This document shows, piece after piece, positions 1 to 10,389 of a stretch of DNA of 64,000 bases. Under the pieces are notes generated by a model, which was not told the origin of the DNA, made no database searches, and saw only the letters and a list, made by a program, of their open reading frames with translations. A program made the position numbers and the translations under genes. Positions within the stretch are counted from its first letter, which is position 1; every line of letters starts with the position of its first letter. Source of the stretch: Candidatus Poribacteria bacterium (GTDB lineage: Bacteria > Poribacteria > WGA-4E > WGA-3G); contig JAJDWI010000010.1 of assembly GCA_022825665.1 (NCBI GenBank), forward strand, positions 96,154 through 160,153, in the 5' to 3' direction.

Positions 1-1268
1 GTAATAGATGTGCCTTCTTCTATGTCTGCTTCCCACGAGAGTTTACCCCAACGTGATAAACTTTGTGCATCATGGACAGAGGATTCAATTGTGCCTTCCT
101 CAACGTGCGTTGAAGTCAGTGCAAAAAGCTTACCAGGATTTCCAGCGGCAAGGATGGTTTTCATATCATCTGAGTTTTTGGTTTTCAATATCCCTACGAT
201 GTCCTTAGACGATGATTTTCCAATAACCTCAAAATCACCGGTTTTTGTATCTACACGATACAACTTACCATCGCTTCCTGTTCCGACTAATAGTTTTACC
301 TTGTCTTCCATCTCTTCTAATACAATTGAAGAGATAAGCGGTTCTGGTGAACTCCACACAAGCGCGACTGTTCCATCGGGATGAAGCCTATAGATAAACG
401 ACTTGTTTTCTTTTGGCGGACCACTACCCGGTGCTTGTGGTGCGGGGACAGAAGGACCTCTGCTGGGACGAGCACTTGCGCTTCTACTACTTCTATCTTG
501 AGGAACTGATGTAATCAATGAAGCATACACGTTGCCTGTGCTATCCATGACAAGATTACGGACATCTTTTTCTTTGGCTTGGTATACTACGTTTGCAGCA
601 CCATCGCCACTAATTTTATAGATAATTCCGTTTCCGCTACTTCCAACGTAAAATCCGCCATCATCAGTTGCAACTAATGACACGAGATTTTTTTCTTCTG
701 CATCAAAAAGGACATTGGATTCCCCATCGGGGGTAATTTTGTAGACCTTACCTTCGTCTCCAGTCACTGCATATAGGTTTCCATCATCATCCAGATGCAT
801 TCCCCATACGTATTTGTCACCTTCACTCAGAAGAGTCGTGGGTGGTGTAGTTGCATCGGTAATTTTGTAGATCAACCCATCTGGACCTGTTCCAGCATAA
901 AGGTTGTCGTCTGCATCAATGACAAGACTATATATTTGTACTTCTGGTGAATCATAATAGAGATCCATCGTTTTTCCATCAGCACTAATCTTATAGATTT
1001 TGCCTTCGTTGCCTGTTCCAGCATAGATATTACCTTCAGAGTCTTCAGCAAGTGCCCAGACTTGTGCCTCATCAACCTTTGAGAAACCGTCTATTTTCAT
1101 AGATAAACTGGCATCTCCCTGGCTTGAGACCGAGATATTCTTGATTTTACCTGCTTCAAAATGTGTTCTCTGGTGTTGTTCCCATAATGACGTTGTCACG
1201 GCAGAAGCGAGGCTTGTGTGAATTAAGATAATTGCCATCAGGCTCCAAAAGCGAAAAAAACGGCGCAT
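1..1268 (-). CDS. Secreted beta-propeller repeat protein; the ATG is at 1266-1268 and the gene runs off the window, so only the N-terminal ~420 aa are present
   Basis: Reverse-strand translation from ATG at 1266-1268 gives MRRFFRFWSLMAIILIHTSLASA (signal peptide). It is followed by many repeats of the form DGNLYAGTGxxGKIYKIxxDG (e.g. GNIYAGTGNEGKIYKISADG, DNLYAGTGPDGLIYKITD, GNLYAVTGDEGKVYKITPDG). The frame is open to position 1. It is absent from the supplied ORF track only because it runs off the edge. Confidence 0.5.
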   Translation of the reverse strand, partial: MRRFFRFWSLMAIILIHTSLASAVTTSLWEQHQRTHFEAGKIKNISVSSQGDASLSMKIDGFSKVDEAQVWALAEDSEGNIYAGTGNEGKIYKISADGKTMDLYYDSPEVQIYSLVIDADDNLYAGTGPDGLIYKITDATTPPTTLLSEGDKYVWGMHLDDDGNLYAVTGDEGKVYKITPDGESNVLFDAEEKNLVSLVATDDGGFYVGSSGNGIIYKISGDGAANVVYQAKEKDVRNLVMDSTGNVYASLITSVPQDRSSRSASARPSRGPSVPAPQAPGSGPPKENKSFIYRLHPDGTVALVWSSPEPLISSIVLEEMEDKVKLLVGTGSDGKLYRVDTKTGDFEVIGKSSSKDIVGILKTKNSDDMKTILAAGNPGKLFALTSTHVEEGTIESSVHDAQSLSRWGKLSWEADIEEGTSI

Positions 1269-1326
1269 AAAACATTTCCTCCTGTTAAAATTGCGCTAAA
1301 ACAATACGATAAAATGTGTATAAAAG

Positions 1327-3216
1327 TTATTGTGCATTTCTATTAACGGCAATCTGCATAGTCCTACTGCCAGTAATAATGTAGTCTGTTTCAACCTTAT
1401 CTGCATGTATAGCAGTACCGAATGTGTATCCGCTTTCACCGCTTCGCATAGCAGTATTCATTACAGACATGTACGAGAGTGGCAGATTAGGGAATTCCTT
1501 TCCTTGAACGGTTAAACCGGCTTGTGGTACAGAAAGTTCAAGGATGAGATGTGTGTTAGGTTCACCGTCTTGCAATAATTTTACCAACTGATTGATATTT
1601 TTCGGACTGAAACTACCTGGTGCACGAGAACGTTTCCATGATTGATATGAACTTGCACTCATTGCTCGGAGCAACACAATCCCTTCAGGTGTATCCTTCG
1701 GAATTGTAATTGTCCCTGTCAGAGTTTCTTCTCGCTCAAGGTAGGGACGCACAGTCAGGATCATTTTTACTTCATCACCGGGACGATATGAAAGTGTATC
1801 CAAACGCGCCGCGAGAATTTGTGCGGTTTTCCGCTTATCCTCAATTTTTATATCAAAGTCTATAGATTCAATTCGAACTTTTGCATAAGGATTTATTAAC
1901 AGATCCAACATTGGACTTAGAACCGTCCGAGTAACATTCAGACCGGGAGATCCACTTGAAGAAAAGATGTTGTTTATGACAATTTCACGATTGTCTAATT
2001 CTGGATGCGGTTCAAGTGTAATTTTTGTCATTACATTGACGGTATTGTCATTAAAAGAGAATTCCTTTGCATTAACTAAACCTGAAATACCTGATGCTAC
2101 ATAACTTGCGGTGAACGTTTTGTCACGAGCTGCTTCGTAAGACAAGTTTTGCACTTTCTTATCAGAAGTTTGGAGTTTGGCGGTTACAGGAATATAGTGA
2201 TGCGAATCAGGAAGTTTCTCAATTATTCCAGCAATTGCAGGGACCCTGTCTTGTACCAAAGTGCCAATCGGTTGGGTAGGGGATGCAATTTTGGATGAGC
2301 GTGTACTACTTGGTAAAATAAAGTGAACGTATCCACCGGATAAAGGTAGGTTCACATTACCTTCCCCAAAAGCTGGGTGTCCATACGCAAGTAATTCTTT
2401 TTTCTTTTCGTCAATGTACGTAATCGTTCCATAGCCAAAACCTGAAACATCACCACGCATCACTTCATTTCCTATGATCTGTCCAGGTTCTACAGGTGAT
2501 TCCTTAACAGGACCTCCTCCTCCAGCTGCTTGTACAGGTACCATATTCCCTCTGCCAAAAAATGGCTTTAGAAGTGCCATTGTTGCTGGATCAAGTCTTG
2601 GAAGTGCCACAGGAATCGCTAATTGGGTTGAATATTCTTGTGTATTGAAATAGTTATCTGATGATCTGTTTCTATTCTCATAAGGGTTTCGGTAAAGAAC
2701 GTTGTCTCCCTCAGGAATAAGTGATTGTACCAAATTCAACCCTTCTGATACATACTCCGAACCGAAGTCTAAGAATTGACCACGTGCATAAGTTTCGTTA
2801 GGTTTCATGCCGCGTTGTGCAACATTCACCATTAATTCAATAGGCGTAACACCAAAGAGATTTGAACGTTCGCGTTGATTGAAGTAGCCAAGCGAGATAG
2901 CCCCCATGAGTCTATTATCAATATAAACAGGACTACCGCTCATTCCACCTGCAACACCTGTCCGTTTAAAGTTTTCACTGGTACCTTCTGCCCATACCAC
3001 ATGCCAACCTGGACTTGAATTATATTCAATGCTGACCACTTCAAACTCAAATGCTTCTGCGTTTGTACCAGAAAATACCGTGTATCCAGTACCCTTCATA
3101 CCGTCTTTTACGTCAGATAACGGCATAAACTTACCAGCATCCCATTCAATTTGTGCGTTAGCGTGTAGAATAGCCATGCAGAATACCACAAACACACAAA
3201 GCAAAAACTTTTTCAC
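1327..3216 (-). CDS. Secreted serine peptidase, SpoIVB/S55-like
   Basis: 629-aa ORF with a signal peptide (MKKFLLCVFVVFCMAILHANA). Has the motif GVAGGMSGSPVYIDNRLMGAI, typical of S55/SpoIVB-type Ser proteases. GTG start with a GGAGG Shine-Dalgarno about 9 nt upstream. Confidence 0.5.
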   Translation of the reverse strand: MKKFLLCVFVVFCMAILHANAQIEWDAGKFMPLSDVKDGMKGTGYTVFSGTNAEAFEFEVVSIEYNSSPGWHVVWAEGTSENFKRTGVAGGMSGSPVYIDNRLMGAISLGYFNQRERSNLFGVTPIELMVNVAQRGMKPNETYARGQFLDFGSEYVSEGLNLVQSLIPEGDNVLYRNPYENRNRSSDNYFNTQEYSTQLAIPVALPRLDPATMALLKPFFGRGNMVPVQAAGGGGPVKESPVEPGQIIGNEVMRGDVSGFGYGTITYIDEKKKELLAYGHPAFGEGNVNLPLSGGYVHFILPSSTRSSKIASPTQPIGTLVQDRVPAIAGIIEKLPDSHHYIPVTAKLQTSDKKVQNLSYEAARDKTFTASYVASGISGLVNAKEFSFNDNTVNVMTKITLEPHPELDNREIVINNIFSSSGSPGLNVTRTVLSPMLDLLINPYAKVRIESIDFDIKIEDKRKTAQILAARLDTLSYRPGDEVKMILTVRPYLEREETLTGTITIPKDTPEGIVLLRAMSASSYQSWKRSRAPGSFSPKNINQLVKLLQDGEPNTHLILELSVPQAGLTVQGKEFPNLPLSYMSVMNTAMRSGESGYTFGTAIHADKVETDYIITGSRTMQIAVNRNAQ

Positions 3217-3399
3217 TACTTAACTCCTCCCTGATTTGTCGAAATTTATTTTTGTGTATGACAAGTGCAAAGATATTTTATCAGGTTACTGAGATAATTC
3301 AAATAAATGAATATTATTCTATTGTGTTATCATACAACTATGTTGAATGTTTCAAAAATCAGATTAATTTATAATGGATTTCTGACATACTCCCCCTGC

Positions 3400-3560
3400 T
3401 AAAGCATGGGGGTTCTTCGTTCTTACATTAGAGTTTACCTCTAACTGACGTTTCCTGCTTCATCTAACACTGCTACAAAGTGTAGTCTAACATGTTATCC
3501 ACAGGCGTTTAGCCTCTCGGCATGCCCTGCCGCGAGATCGACACAAGTGTCTGTCTGATA
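3400..3560. repeat. ~150-bp repeated non-coding element; second copy at 24010-24160
   Basis: Both copies share a hairpin with a gctaaagc loop (cccctgctaaagcatggggg vs cgacggctaaagccgtg). They share ttcctgcttc about 35 nt later, and ccacaggcgtttagYctctc in the same order and orientation. Confidence 0.4.
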
Positions 3561-3807
3561 GTCCAGCCATCAGAAGTCTATGCATAGAATTTAACACAAA
3601 GAGATTGGAATGTCAAGACTCTTTTTCAAAAATGTAGACAGGAGCCGTGTCTACATCCCCGACCTAAAGGAACGGGGTTTTGACACGGAACGTTTGATAA
3701 TACCATATCAAGTTGAAACTGTCAACAAAAAAGAATACTATTCTTACTACAATACCATCGCCAAAATATACGCTTTATATTAGTCAACAGACCTTATGTA
3801 ATTAACA

Positions 3808-3884
3808 GCCCCAGCGGGGCGACAGGTGTATAGAAAACGGCTATCCGATAGACGATAAGCCCCAGCGGGGCGACAGGTATATAG
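3808..3884 (+). repeat. Two tandem REP-like elements (gccccagcggggc hairpin + gacaggtRtatag tail), period 51 bp
   Basis: gccccagcggggcgacaggtgtatag at 3808-3833 and gccccagcggggcgacaggtatatag at 3859-3884. Related copies are at 39706-39775 and 48259-48431. Confidence 0.55.
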
Positions 3885-4171
3885 ATACACACAGAAATAA
3901 AATACATCAGCACAAACCTGAAGGTATTTTTATTCAAAATATTATCCAACATTTCAGATCAATTCGTGATATTTGTTGACTAAACAATCAATACAAACTC
4001 CGAAAAATGGCGAAGGTATTGTTACTACACATACCGACAATTGACGATTCTACAGGGAATTCATGGATTATCAACAAATGTCCATGTTATTGAGTATGTA
4101 TTAGATTTCACTTGACTTACCGTATCTTTATCAGATAAAATTGAGGAAATCTAAGATATACGGAATCCCTA

Positions 4172-5668
4172 ATGTTAAGTCCACTCTATATCCTCTCTAT
4201 TGACCAAGGGACAACCGGTACCATGGTGCTCCTTGTGGATATGCATGGTAATATCATAGCCCATGTGTATAAAGAATTTACCCAACATTATCCTGAGCCA
4301 GGATGGGTTGAACATGATCCTGATGAGATTTGGAATACGACACATAGTGCAATAATTGAAGTATTAGATCAAGTTGAGAAAAGTAGCATTGCTGCAATTG
4401 GGATTACCAATCAACGTGAAACCACTGTCGTATGGGATCGTGAAACAGGGGATCCAATTTATCCTGCGATTGTATGGCAATGTAGACGCACAGCAGATCG
4501 GTGCGTCTACCTAAACAAAAGAGATTACATCGTAACAGAGGTAAAAAACAAAACGGGGTTACTAATTGATCCCTATTTCTCAGCAACAAAGATAGCTTGG
4601 ATTCTTAGCAACGTAAAAGGTGCGCGAGATAGGGCAGAACGCGGTGAACTCGCATTTGGTACTATTGATTCTTGGCTTCTGTGGAAGTTGACAAACGGCA
4701 CTGTTCATAAAACTGATTATACAAACGCATCAAGAACACTTCTGTTTAATATTGATACGTTTTCGTGGGATGAAAGTCTTTTAGACATCTTTGATGTCCC
4801 AAAGACATTACTACCTGAAGTCTGTCCATCCGCGAGTCTTTTTGGAAAAGCGGAAATTCCAATTTTGGATGGTATCCCGATAGCAGGTATTGCTGGCGAC
4901 CAACAATCCGCTTTGTTCGGTCAACTCTGCTGGCAACCTGGGATGGCGAAGAACACTTACGGGACAGGATGTTTTCTGATGCTAAATACCGGTTCAGTTA
5001 GGGTGAATTCTGAGTCAGGTCTATTGACCACATTAGCGTGTAGCCTAAATGAGGAACCGGTGTATGCCTTGGAAGGTAGTGTGTTTATTGCTGGTGCAGC
5101 TGTACAATGGCTTAGAGATGGTCTACAAATAGTAGATTCCGCTGATGAAACTGAATTAAGTGCCAACCGCGTAAAAGATACAGGTGGCGTTGTCGTTGTA
5201 CCTGCATTCACCGGTCTGGGTGCACCTTACTGGAATTTTGATGCAAGAGGAGCGATCTTTGGATTAACTTTAGGCACAAGCCGCGAGCATATTGTTCGTG
5301 CTACATTAGAGTCAATTGCCTATCAAACCGCGGACGTGTTAGCTGCGATGAAATCAGATACAGGTGAACCTTTAATAGAGTTACGTGTGGACGGCGGTGC
5401 TGCTGCCAATAATTACTTAATGCAGTTTCAAGCAGATATATTGGGAATAGTCGTGGAAAGACCTATGCAAATTGAGACGACAGGTCTCGGTGCAGCTTAT
5501 CTTGCTGGCATTACTGTTGGTGTGTGGCAAGATGTTGATGAACTAAAAATACACAGAGAGGTAGAAAGTGTTTTTATTCCTCGTATGGAAGCATTCCTAC
5601 GCGAAGTCAGGCTTACTCAATGGAGGGATGCTGTTAAAAGGTTAAACTGGGATGCTGATGGAGCATAA
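4172..5668 (+). CDS. glpK: Glycerol kinase
   Basis: 498 aa. N-terminal [15 protein letters not shown]-binding motif; [15 protein letters not shown]...[16 protein letters not shown] and other FGGY-family glycerol kinase signatures along the whole length. Confidence 0.93.
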   Translation: MLSPLYILSIDQGTTGTMVLLVDMHGNIIAHVYKEFTQHYPEPGWVEHDPDEIWNTTHSAIIEVLDQVEKSSIAAIGITNQRETTVVWDRETGDPIYPAIVWQCRRTADRCVYLNKRDYIVTEVKNKTGLLIDPYFSATKIAWILSNVKGARDRAERGELAFGTIDSWLLWKLTNGTVHKTDYTNASRTLLFNIDTFSWDESLLDIFDVPKTLLPEVCPSASLFGKAEIPILDGIPIAGIAGDQQSALFGQLCWQPGMAKNTYGTGCFLMLNTGSVRVNSESGLLTTLACSLNEEPVYALEGSVFIAGAAVQWLRDGLQIVDSADETELSANRVKDTGGVVVVPAFTGLGAPYWNFDARGAIFGLTLGTSREHIVRATLESIAYQTADVLAAMKSDTGEPLIELRVDGGAAANNYLMQFQADILGIVVERPMQIETTGLGAAYLAGITVGVWQDVDELKIHREVESVFIPRMEAFLREVRLTQWRDAVKRLNWDADGA

Positions 5669-5670
5669 TT

Positions 5671-7485
5671 ATGCGCCTACAGTGGAAATACTCTTTGATT
5701 ATCAACTTGACAGTCATCGCGGTTCTTGTCGCATTCTTCTTTTTTGACAGTATACGAATGCGGAAGGAGATGAGTGCGCTTCACGCATTGGGGGCAGAAC
5801 AAAGCACTACACTGAAGAAAATTGCAGAAAACACTATCCTAAACGCAGTTGTTGGAGAACTTAATACATCACAAGCATACAATGCACAACGGATTGACAA
5901 GATTATTGCCAAACTCAAGAAAGAACATCAAGATATGAAGGACGTGATGAACGTACAAGTTACTCTGGGTGATTCTCGCGTCCGTTCCAGTTTGCTTGCA
6001 CAAGATGAACCAGCGAATTTTAATTTAGGTAAAGAAGAAATAGAGGAAATTGAAACAAAAGGGGCAATAATTGATACAATTGCAGAACAGAGTGCTACAT
6101 CCATTATTATTAATTACTCCATTCAGCCAAAAAGGTTAGATCTTACACAGATGCATTCTCATACATCATTAAGTGCAGCAGATATTCCAGATGAGGTATG
6201 GCAATTAATTCTGTCAAAAGACTTTGATTTACCGCCATCAACAACATTTACTGTTGAGGAGAAACGATCAGAATACAAAAACCAAATCGCACTTAATCAA
6301 GGAAAGTTCCCTTTCGAGTTGTGGCGGATGTTGATTGCGAACCAAATCTATCTGTCACCAGATGCAACAGTCAAAATAGGTGAACAAAATAACCGATGGC
6401 AAATTACAGATTTAGATAGTGGACATAAATATAATTTGTGGTTGGACGAAAACGCATTTTGGATTCATATTGCGGGGACAAATACTGGCTATATTAGAGT
6501 GCTATTTGATGTTCCGTATATTGCGAAATCCATTCGTTCTTCGTTGTTGATGCATGCCATTTTCATTGTAATCGTGGGAGTTTTACTTGTTGTTCTGATT
6601 GATTTGATGACGAATCACATGATTATGAAGCCGCTTGCACGGATGACCGAGATTATTCAAAATGCTGAATCCGGTAATTTCTCATCTTATCTACATAGGA
6701 AGTATGCTTCAGACGAGATTAGCAAAGCCACACGTAATTTGGTGCGGATGTTTCTACAGTTGAAAACATCACACTCAAGAAAGATAACAGCACTCGGACA
6801 ATTTGCTGCTGGTATCGCACACGAAATTCGTAACCCACTGAATTCCATCGGAATGACTGCACAACACCTAAAAACAATCTTCTCACAACCCAAAGTTAGT
6901 CCAGAAGACATTGATGAAGCGATAGAATTATTAGACATTGTTGATGAAAAAATCGGAGATCTAAAACAGACATCGGAACAATTCTTAACGCTTAATCGTC
7001 CACGAAAACTTGACTTGACAACGGTTAATCTACATGATCTCTTAGATTCTGTCCTATCGGAATTCGTCTTAATTGCCGAAGAGGCTAATGTTCAAATAAT
7101 AAAGTCATACAATACAGAACTCCCCGATTTGCAGTTAGATGAAATGCTGATGCGTCAGACTATTTTCAACATTGTGCAAAACAGCATACAAGCAATGCCT
7201 AAAGGGGGAAGTGTCTACATAACAACCGTAGTTGAAGATAAAGGCAATATCCGTAATGTAATGCTTGAAATACGGGATACCGGTATCGGTATTCCAGAGG
7301 AGAACCAAGAACTAATATATGATGCATATTTCACTACAAAAGAGTCGGATGGTGGGGTTGGTCTTGGTCTCGCTATATCACATCAGACTATCACAGCACA
7401 TCAAGGTAAAGTTGAAGTAAAAAGTAAAGTCGGTATGGGTACAGCGTTTAACATAACGCTTCCTATTAAAACCTCTGCGATATAG
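5671..7485 (+). CDS. Sensor histidine kinase (large periplasmic domain, HAMP, HisKA, HATPase_c)
   Basis: TM1 at residues ~9-25; a ~270-aa extracytoplasmic region; TM2 (IFIVIVGVLLVVLIDLM). H-box FAAGIAHEIRNPLNSI. G-boxes DTGIGIP...GGVGLGLAIS. Start is 3 nt after the glpK stop, with a GGAG Shine-Dalgarno. Confidence 0.88.
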   Translation: MRLQWKYSLIINLTVIAVLVAFFFFDSIRMRKEMSALHALGAEQSTTLKKIAENTILNAVVGELNTSQAYNAQRIDKIIAKLKKEHQDMKDVMNVQVTLGDSRVRSSLLAQDEPANFNLGKEEIEEIETKGAIIDTIAEQSATSIIINYSIQPKRLDLTQMHSHTSLSAADIPDEVWQLILSKDFDLPPSTTFTVEEKRSEYKNQIALNQGKFPFELWRMLIANQIYLSPDATVKIGEQNNRWQITDLDSGHKYNLWLDENAFWIHIAGTNTGYIRVLFDVPYIAKSIRSSLLMHAIFIVIVGVLLVVLIDLMTNHMIMKPLARMTEIIQNAESGNFSSYLHRKYASDEISKATRNLVRMFLQLKTSHSRKITALGQFAAGIAHEIRNPLNSIGMTAQHLKTIFSQPKVSPEDIDEAIELLDIVDEKIGDLKQTSEQFLTLNRPRKLDLTTVNLHDLLDSVLSEFVLIAEEANVQIIKSYNTELPDLQLDEMLMRQTIFNIVQNSIQAMPKGGSVYITTVVEDKGNIRNVMLEIRDTGIGIPEENQELIYDAYFTTKESDGGVGLGLAISHQTITAHQGKVEVKSKVGMGTAFNITLPIKTSAI

Positions 7486-7506
7486 TAAAATTTGGAGATA
7501 TTAGAA

Positions 7507-8901
7507 ATGCCATCAATATTAATTGTAGACGACGACCAAGCACAACTCACAATCCTACAACGTATATTACAACGGGAAGGGTATGATGCTGCTACGGTTG
7601 AAGATAGTACAACGGCACTTGAAAAGATTAAGGAACAGATGTTTGATGTCGTCATCAGTGATATGTGGATGTCTTCACGGTTTGAAGGACGCGATCTTTT
7701 ACGTGAAATAAAAAAGATTGACCCAAGTCTACCTGTGTTGATTATTACCGCATTCGCAGAACTGAATGATGCCGTTAATCTTGTCGCAAATGAGGGGGCA
7801 TTTTATTATCTTGAAAAACCAATTCAGATTGATGTGCTTAAGCGGGAGGTAAATCGCGCATTGCAATCTCGCGGTGTTCTAACTGATGGTGAACCAGAAA
7901 CAGACATCACTTCCACAGATGATTTCCAGATTGACTATATCGTTGGAGAAAGCGATAAAATGCAACAACTCTTCAAAAATATGTCCAGGGTCATTCATCG
8001 AGGGGTTAGGCAAGTTCTTATTACAGGTGAAACTGGCAGTGGAAAGAGTCTTGTGGCACAAGCACTTCATGAATATGGAAACCGTAAAGATCGTCCGTTT
8101 GTGTCAATCAATTGTGGCGCAATCGCAGAAACCTTGATTGAAAGTGAACTGTTTGGACATGAAAAAGGGGCATTCACAGATGCAGTCCAGCAAAAGAAAG
8201 GTATCTTTGAAATTGCGGATACTGGCACACTCTTCCTTGATGAAATAGGTGACATCTCTGTCCAAATGCAAAGTACGTTACTGCATGTGTTGGAAAAACA
8301 TGAGATCCGCAGGATTGGTGGATCGGAAAGTATCAAAGTAGATGTGTGTGTTATTGCCGCTACAAACAAGAATCTGGTTGAAGCAGTGAAAGATGGCACA
8401 TTTCGTTCCGACCTATACTTCCGACTGAATGTCATTCCCCTTCATCTCCCATCACTTCGCGAACGTATTGAAGATATTCCGCTACTCGTCAATTTCCTGA
8501 TCGATAAATTCAGCAATGAATATGTGGACGCAGAACCTAAACAGGTTACCCCTCGTGCAATGTCTGCACTCTGTCGTTTTAATTGGCCCGGTAATGTGCG
8601 TCAATTGGAAAACTATCTCCATCGTATTTATGTCCTGTCCGAGAACGCATCAATTGACTTAGATCAACTTCCTCCCGAAATCTTGGATACATCTCTTCCA
8701 CCTACGGAATTTGATATTGACATCCCAGAGAGTGGTGTTTCATTGGAAGAGATTATTAAGGAATATGTCAGTGCCGCTCTAACAAAAACAGGCGGAACAC
8801 AGACCAAAGCAGCAAAACTTTTAGGTATTTCTCGCCGTCAATTACAGCACCGAATGCAGAGTTATGGACTACAAAGCCAAGATTTTAAAAACGATGAATA
8901 G
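7507..8901 (+). CDS. Sigma-54-dependent response regulator (NtrC family: REC + AAA+ + Fis-type HTH)
   Basis: ILIVDDD receiver. Walker A GETGSGKS; the GAFTDA motif; GTLFLDEIGD. C-terminal HTH AAKLLGISRRQLQHRM. ATG at 7507 sits 9 nt after the GGAG; the track ORF begins at an upstream TTG at 7492. Confidence 0.88.
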   Translation: MPSILIVDDDQAQLTILQRILQREGYDAATVEDSTTALEKIKEQMFDVVISDMWMSSRFEGRDLLREIKKIDPSLPVLIITAFAELNDAVNLVANEGAFYYLEKPIQIDVLKREVNRALQSRGVLTDGEPETDITSTDDFQIDYIVGESDKMQQLFKNMSRVIHRGVRQVLITGETGSGKSLVAQALHEYGNRKDRPFVSINCGAIAETLIESELFGHEKGAFTDAVQQKKGIFEIADTGTLFLDEIGDISVQMQSTLLHVLEKHEIRRIGGSESIKVDVCVIAATNKNLVEAVKDGTFRSDLYFRLNVIPLHLPSLRERIEDIPLLVNFLIDKFSNEYVDAEPKQVTPRAMSALCRFNWPGNVRQLENYLHRIYVLSENASIDLDQLPPEILDTSLPPTEFDIDIPESGVSLEEIIKEYVSAALTKTGGTQTKAAKLLGISRRQLQHRMQSYGLQSQDFKNDE

Positions 8902-8962
8902 TTGTGGGGAAGGTGATTAGTCAGATGCCATAAGCGACAATTGAATACTTACTACAAGACAG

Positions 8963-8996
8963 ACAATATATTGACTTTATCTTATGTGTTGCGTTA
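8963..8996 (+). promoter_or_regulatory. Candidate sigma-70 promoter (TTGACT, 18-bp spacer, TATACT) upstream of the Rpn-like gene
   Basis: ttgactttatcttatgtgttgcgttatact, read directly from the sequence. Confidence 0.3.
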
Positions 8997-9032
8997 TACT
9001 AATTGTATACATAACGTACACGAGCAGATAGG

Positions 9033-10111
9033 ATGAAGACACAATCAGACCTGCGTATTTCAGAAGAAATTCGCAGTTTACTTGACACACATGGAGGACA
9101 TTACGCCGATAAAAGTGCACGTTGGTTATTCAAAGATAAAGAAAACGTACGTGGCTTGGTAACGATCCTAGCTAATGATCTTGTGAAACACCTTGATTTT
9201 GATAAGTTAAGAATACAGAACAGGAGTTTCGTAGATGACACATTACGTGACTTGCAATCTGATATGGTGTTCACAGTACCATTTATTAAGATACAGCTGA
9301 TACAAACGATCTGTTGATCTATATTTTGATAGAACATCAATCTACGGTCGATCCACTGATGGGGTTTCGATTACTATATTACATGTGTCAGATATGGGAT
9401 GGACAGCGGCGTGAGTTGGAAATAGGAGATATACCGAGAAGTCAGTGGCGTTTAGGACCTATCCTACCAATAGTATATTACACTGGTACGCAGCGATGGC
9501 AATCACCGATATCACTTGTCGAAATGATGGGCACCCCAGAGATATTAACAAGGTTTGTGCCAACCTTTGATACATTGTTTCTCGGTGTTAAAGATACCGA
9601 TACAAACGATTTAACGAAAACTGGACATCCACTCGGTTGGTTGTTGAAGGTGTTACAACAGGAAGACGTTGACGATCCAAAGGTTATACGTAAGGTGATA
9701 CAGGAAACGCTTGTGTATTTTGATACCTTAGAGCCAGCGCACGCTGCACAACATAAAAATGCGATGATTTATCTCTTTCATCTCGTGCTTTTTCGCAGAC
9801 CTGTAGATGAACGAGAAGAATTGATAGAACTTCTAAAAGCACACGCACAGGATAAGGAGGTTGAAAATATTATCATGACTGGAGCAGAAGCATTAATTGA
9901 ACAAGGAATTGAACAAGGAATTGAACAAGGAAGAATTGACGCGAAACAAGCAGATGTTATCAAATTACTACTTCACCGATTTCCACACTTGCCGGAGTCA
10001 GTTACCAATGAAATAGGAGAGATACAGGACCTAATCCGTCTTGATTCGCTTTTTGAACAGATACTCGCTGCCCATTCGTTGGATGATATTGATATATCTA
10101 ACAAATCATAA
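9033..10111 (+). pseudogene. Rpn/YhgA-family (PD-(D/E)XK, Transposase_31) recombination-promoting nuclease, interrupted by a +1/-1 frameshift near 9290-9315
   Basis: ORF 9033-9317 ends ...DMVFTVPFIKIQLIQTIC*. The second frame is open from 9290 and continues ...DTADTNDLLIYILIEHQSTVDPLMGFRLLYYM. In intact Rpn proteins, D-x-V-F/Y-x-V and IEHQS form one continuous block, so the two ORFs are halves of one gene. Confidence 0.6.
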
Positions 10112-10271
10112 TTCGTACATTGGGTAGAACACAGTGATTGATATTAGTATCAATTTAACTAAGCTACAAACCCGGTAGTTGGTAGCTAAATTCAATACTA
10201 TAGGATGTTAATTAAAAGTTGCATTCTATTTCAGTATAAATCCACTTACTTAGTTTTTTATCTTTTTTCTT

Positions 10272-10306
10272 GACAAGTCCAAAAATTACATGGTATCATT
10301 TAAACG
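10272..10306 (+). promoter_or_regulatory. Candidate sigma-70 promoter (TTGACA, 18-bp spacer, TATCAT) for the gldA-like ABC operon
   Basis: cttgacaagtccaaaaattacatggtatcattt about 85 nt upstream of the 10390 start. Confidence 0.35.
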
Positions 10307-10389
10307 AATTTTATTCCCATTAGATGTTGGTTAGAAATCCTTTTCGCCAACCGCATCTCTATACAAAATATAAGAAGAAATAAGACGTA

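Noticed and set aside
10-384. Plus-strand track ORFs 8-208 and 10-384
   Set aside because: They lie antisense to a well-supported minus-strand beta-propeller repeat gene (1-1268) whose frame is open across the whole region, and their composition is not protein-like.
3808-3884. Possible mini-CRISPR (a 26-bp palindromic repeat with a 25-bp spacer, and similar repeats elsewhere)
   Set aside because: Only two units are in tandem, and the other copies occur in both orientations as inverted pairs with variable hairpin stems and no spacer regularity. No cas genes are present. The pattern fits REP/BIME elements, not a CRISPR array.
4008-4023. Sigma-54-type promoter tggcgaaggtattgtt upstream of glpK
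   Set aside because: The -24 TGGC is good, but the -12 element reads TTGT rather than TTGC. It is too weak to call without a genome-wide positional weight matrix, and is mentioned only as a candidate.
3217-4171. Possible tRNA, tmRNA or riboswitch in the 955-bp non-coding region upstream of glpK
   Set aside because: No cloverleaf, T-loop (GTTCRANNC) or recognisable riboswitch core was found by eye. The region is explained by the REP pair and the IS-derived ~150-bp element.
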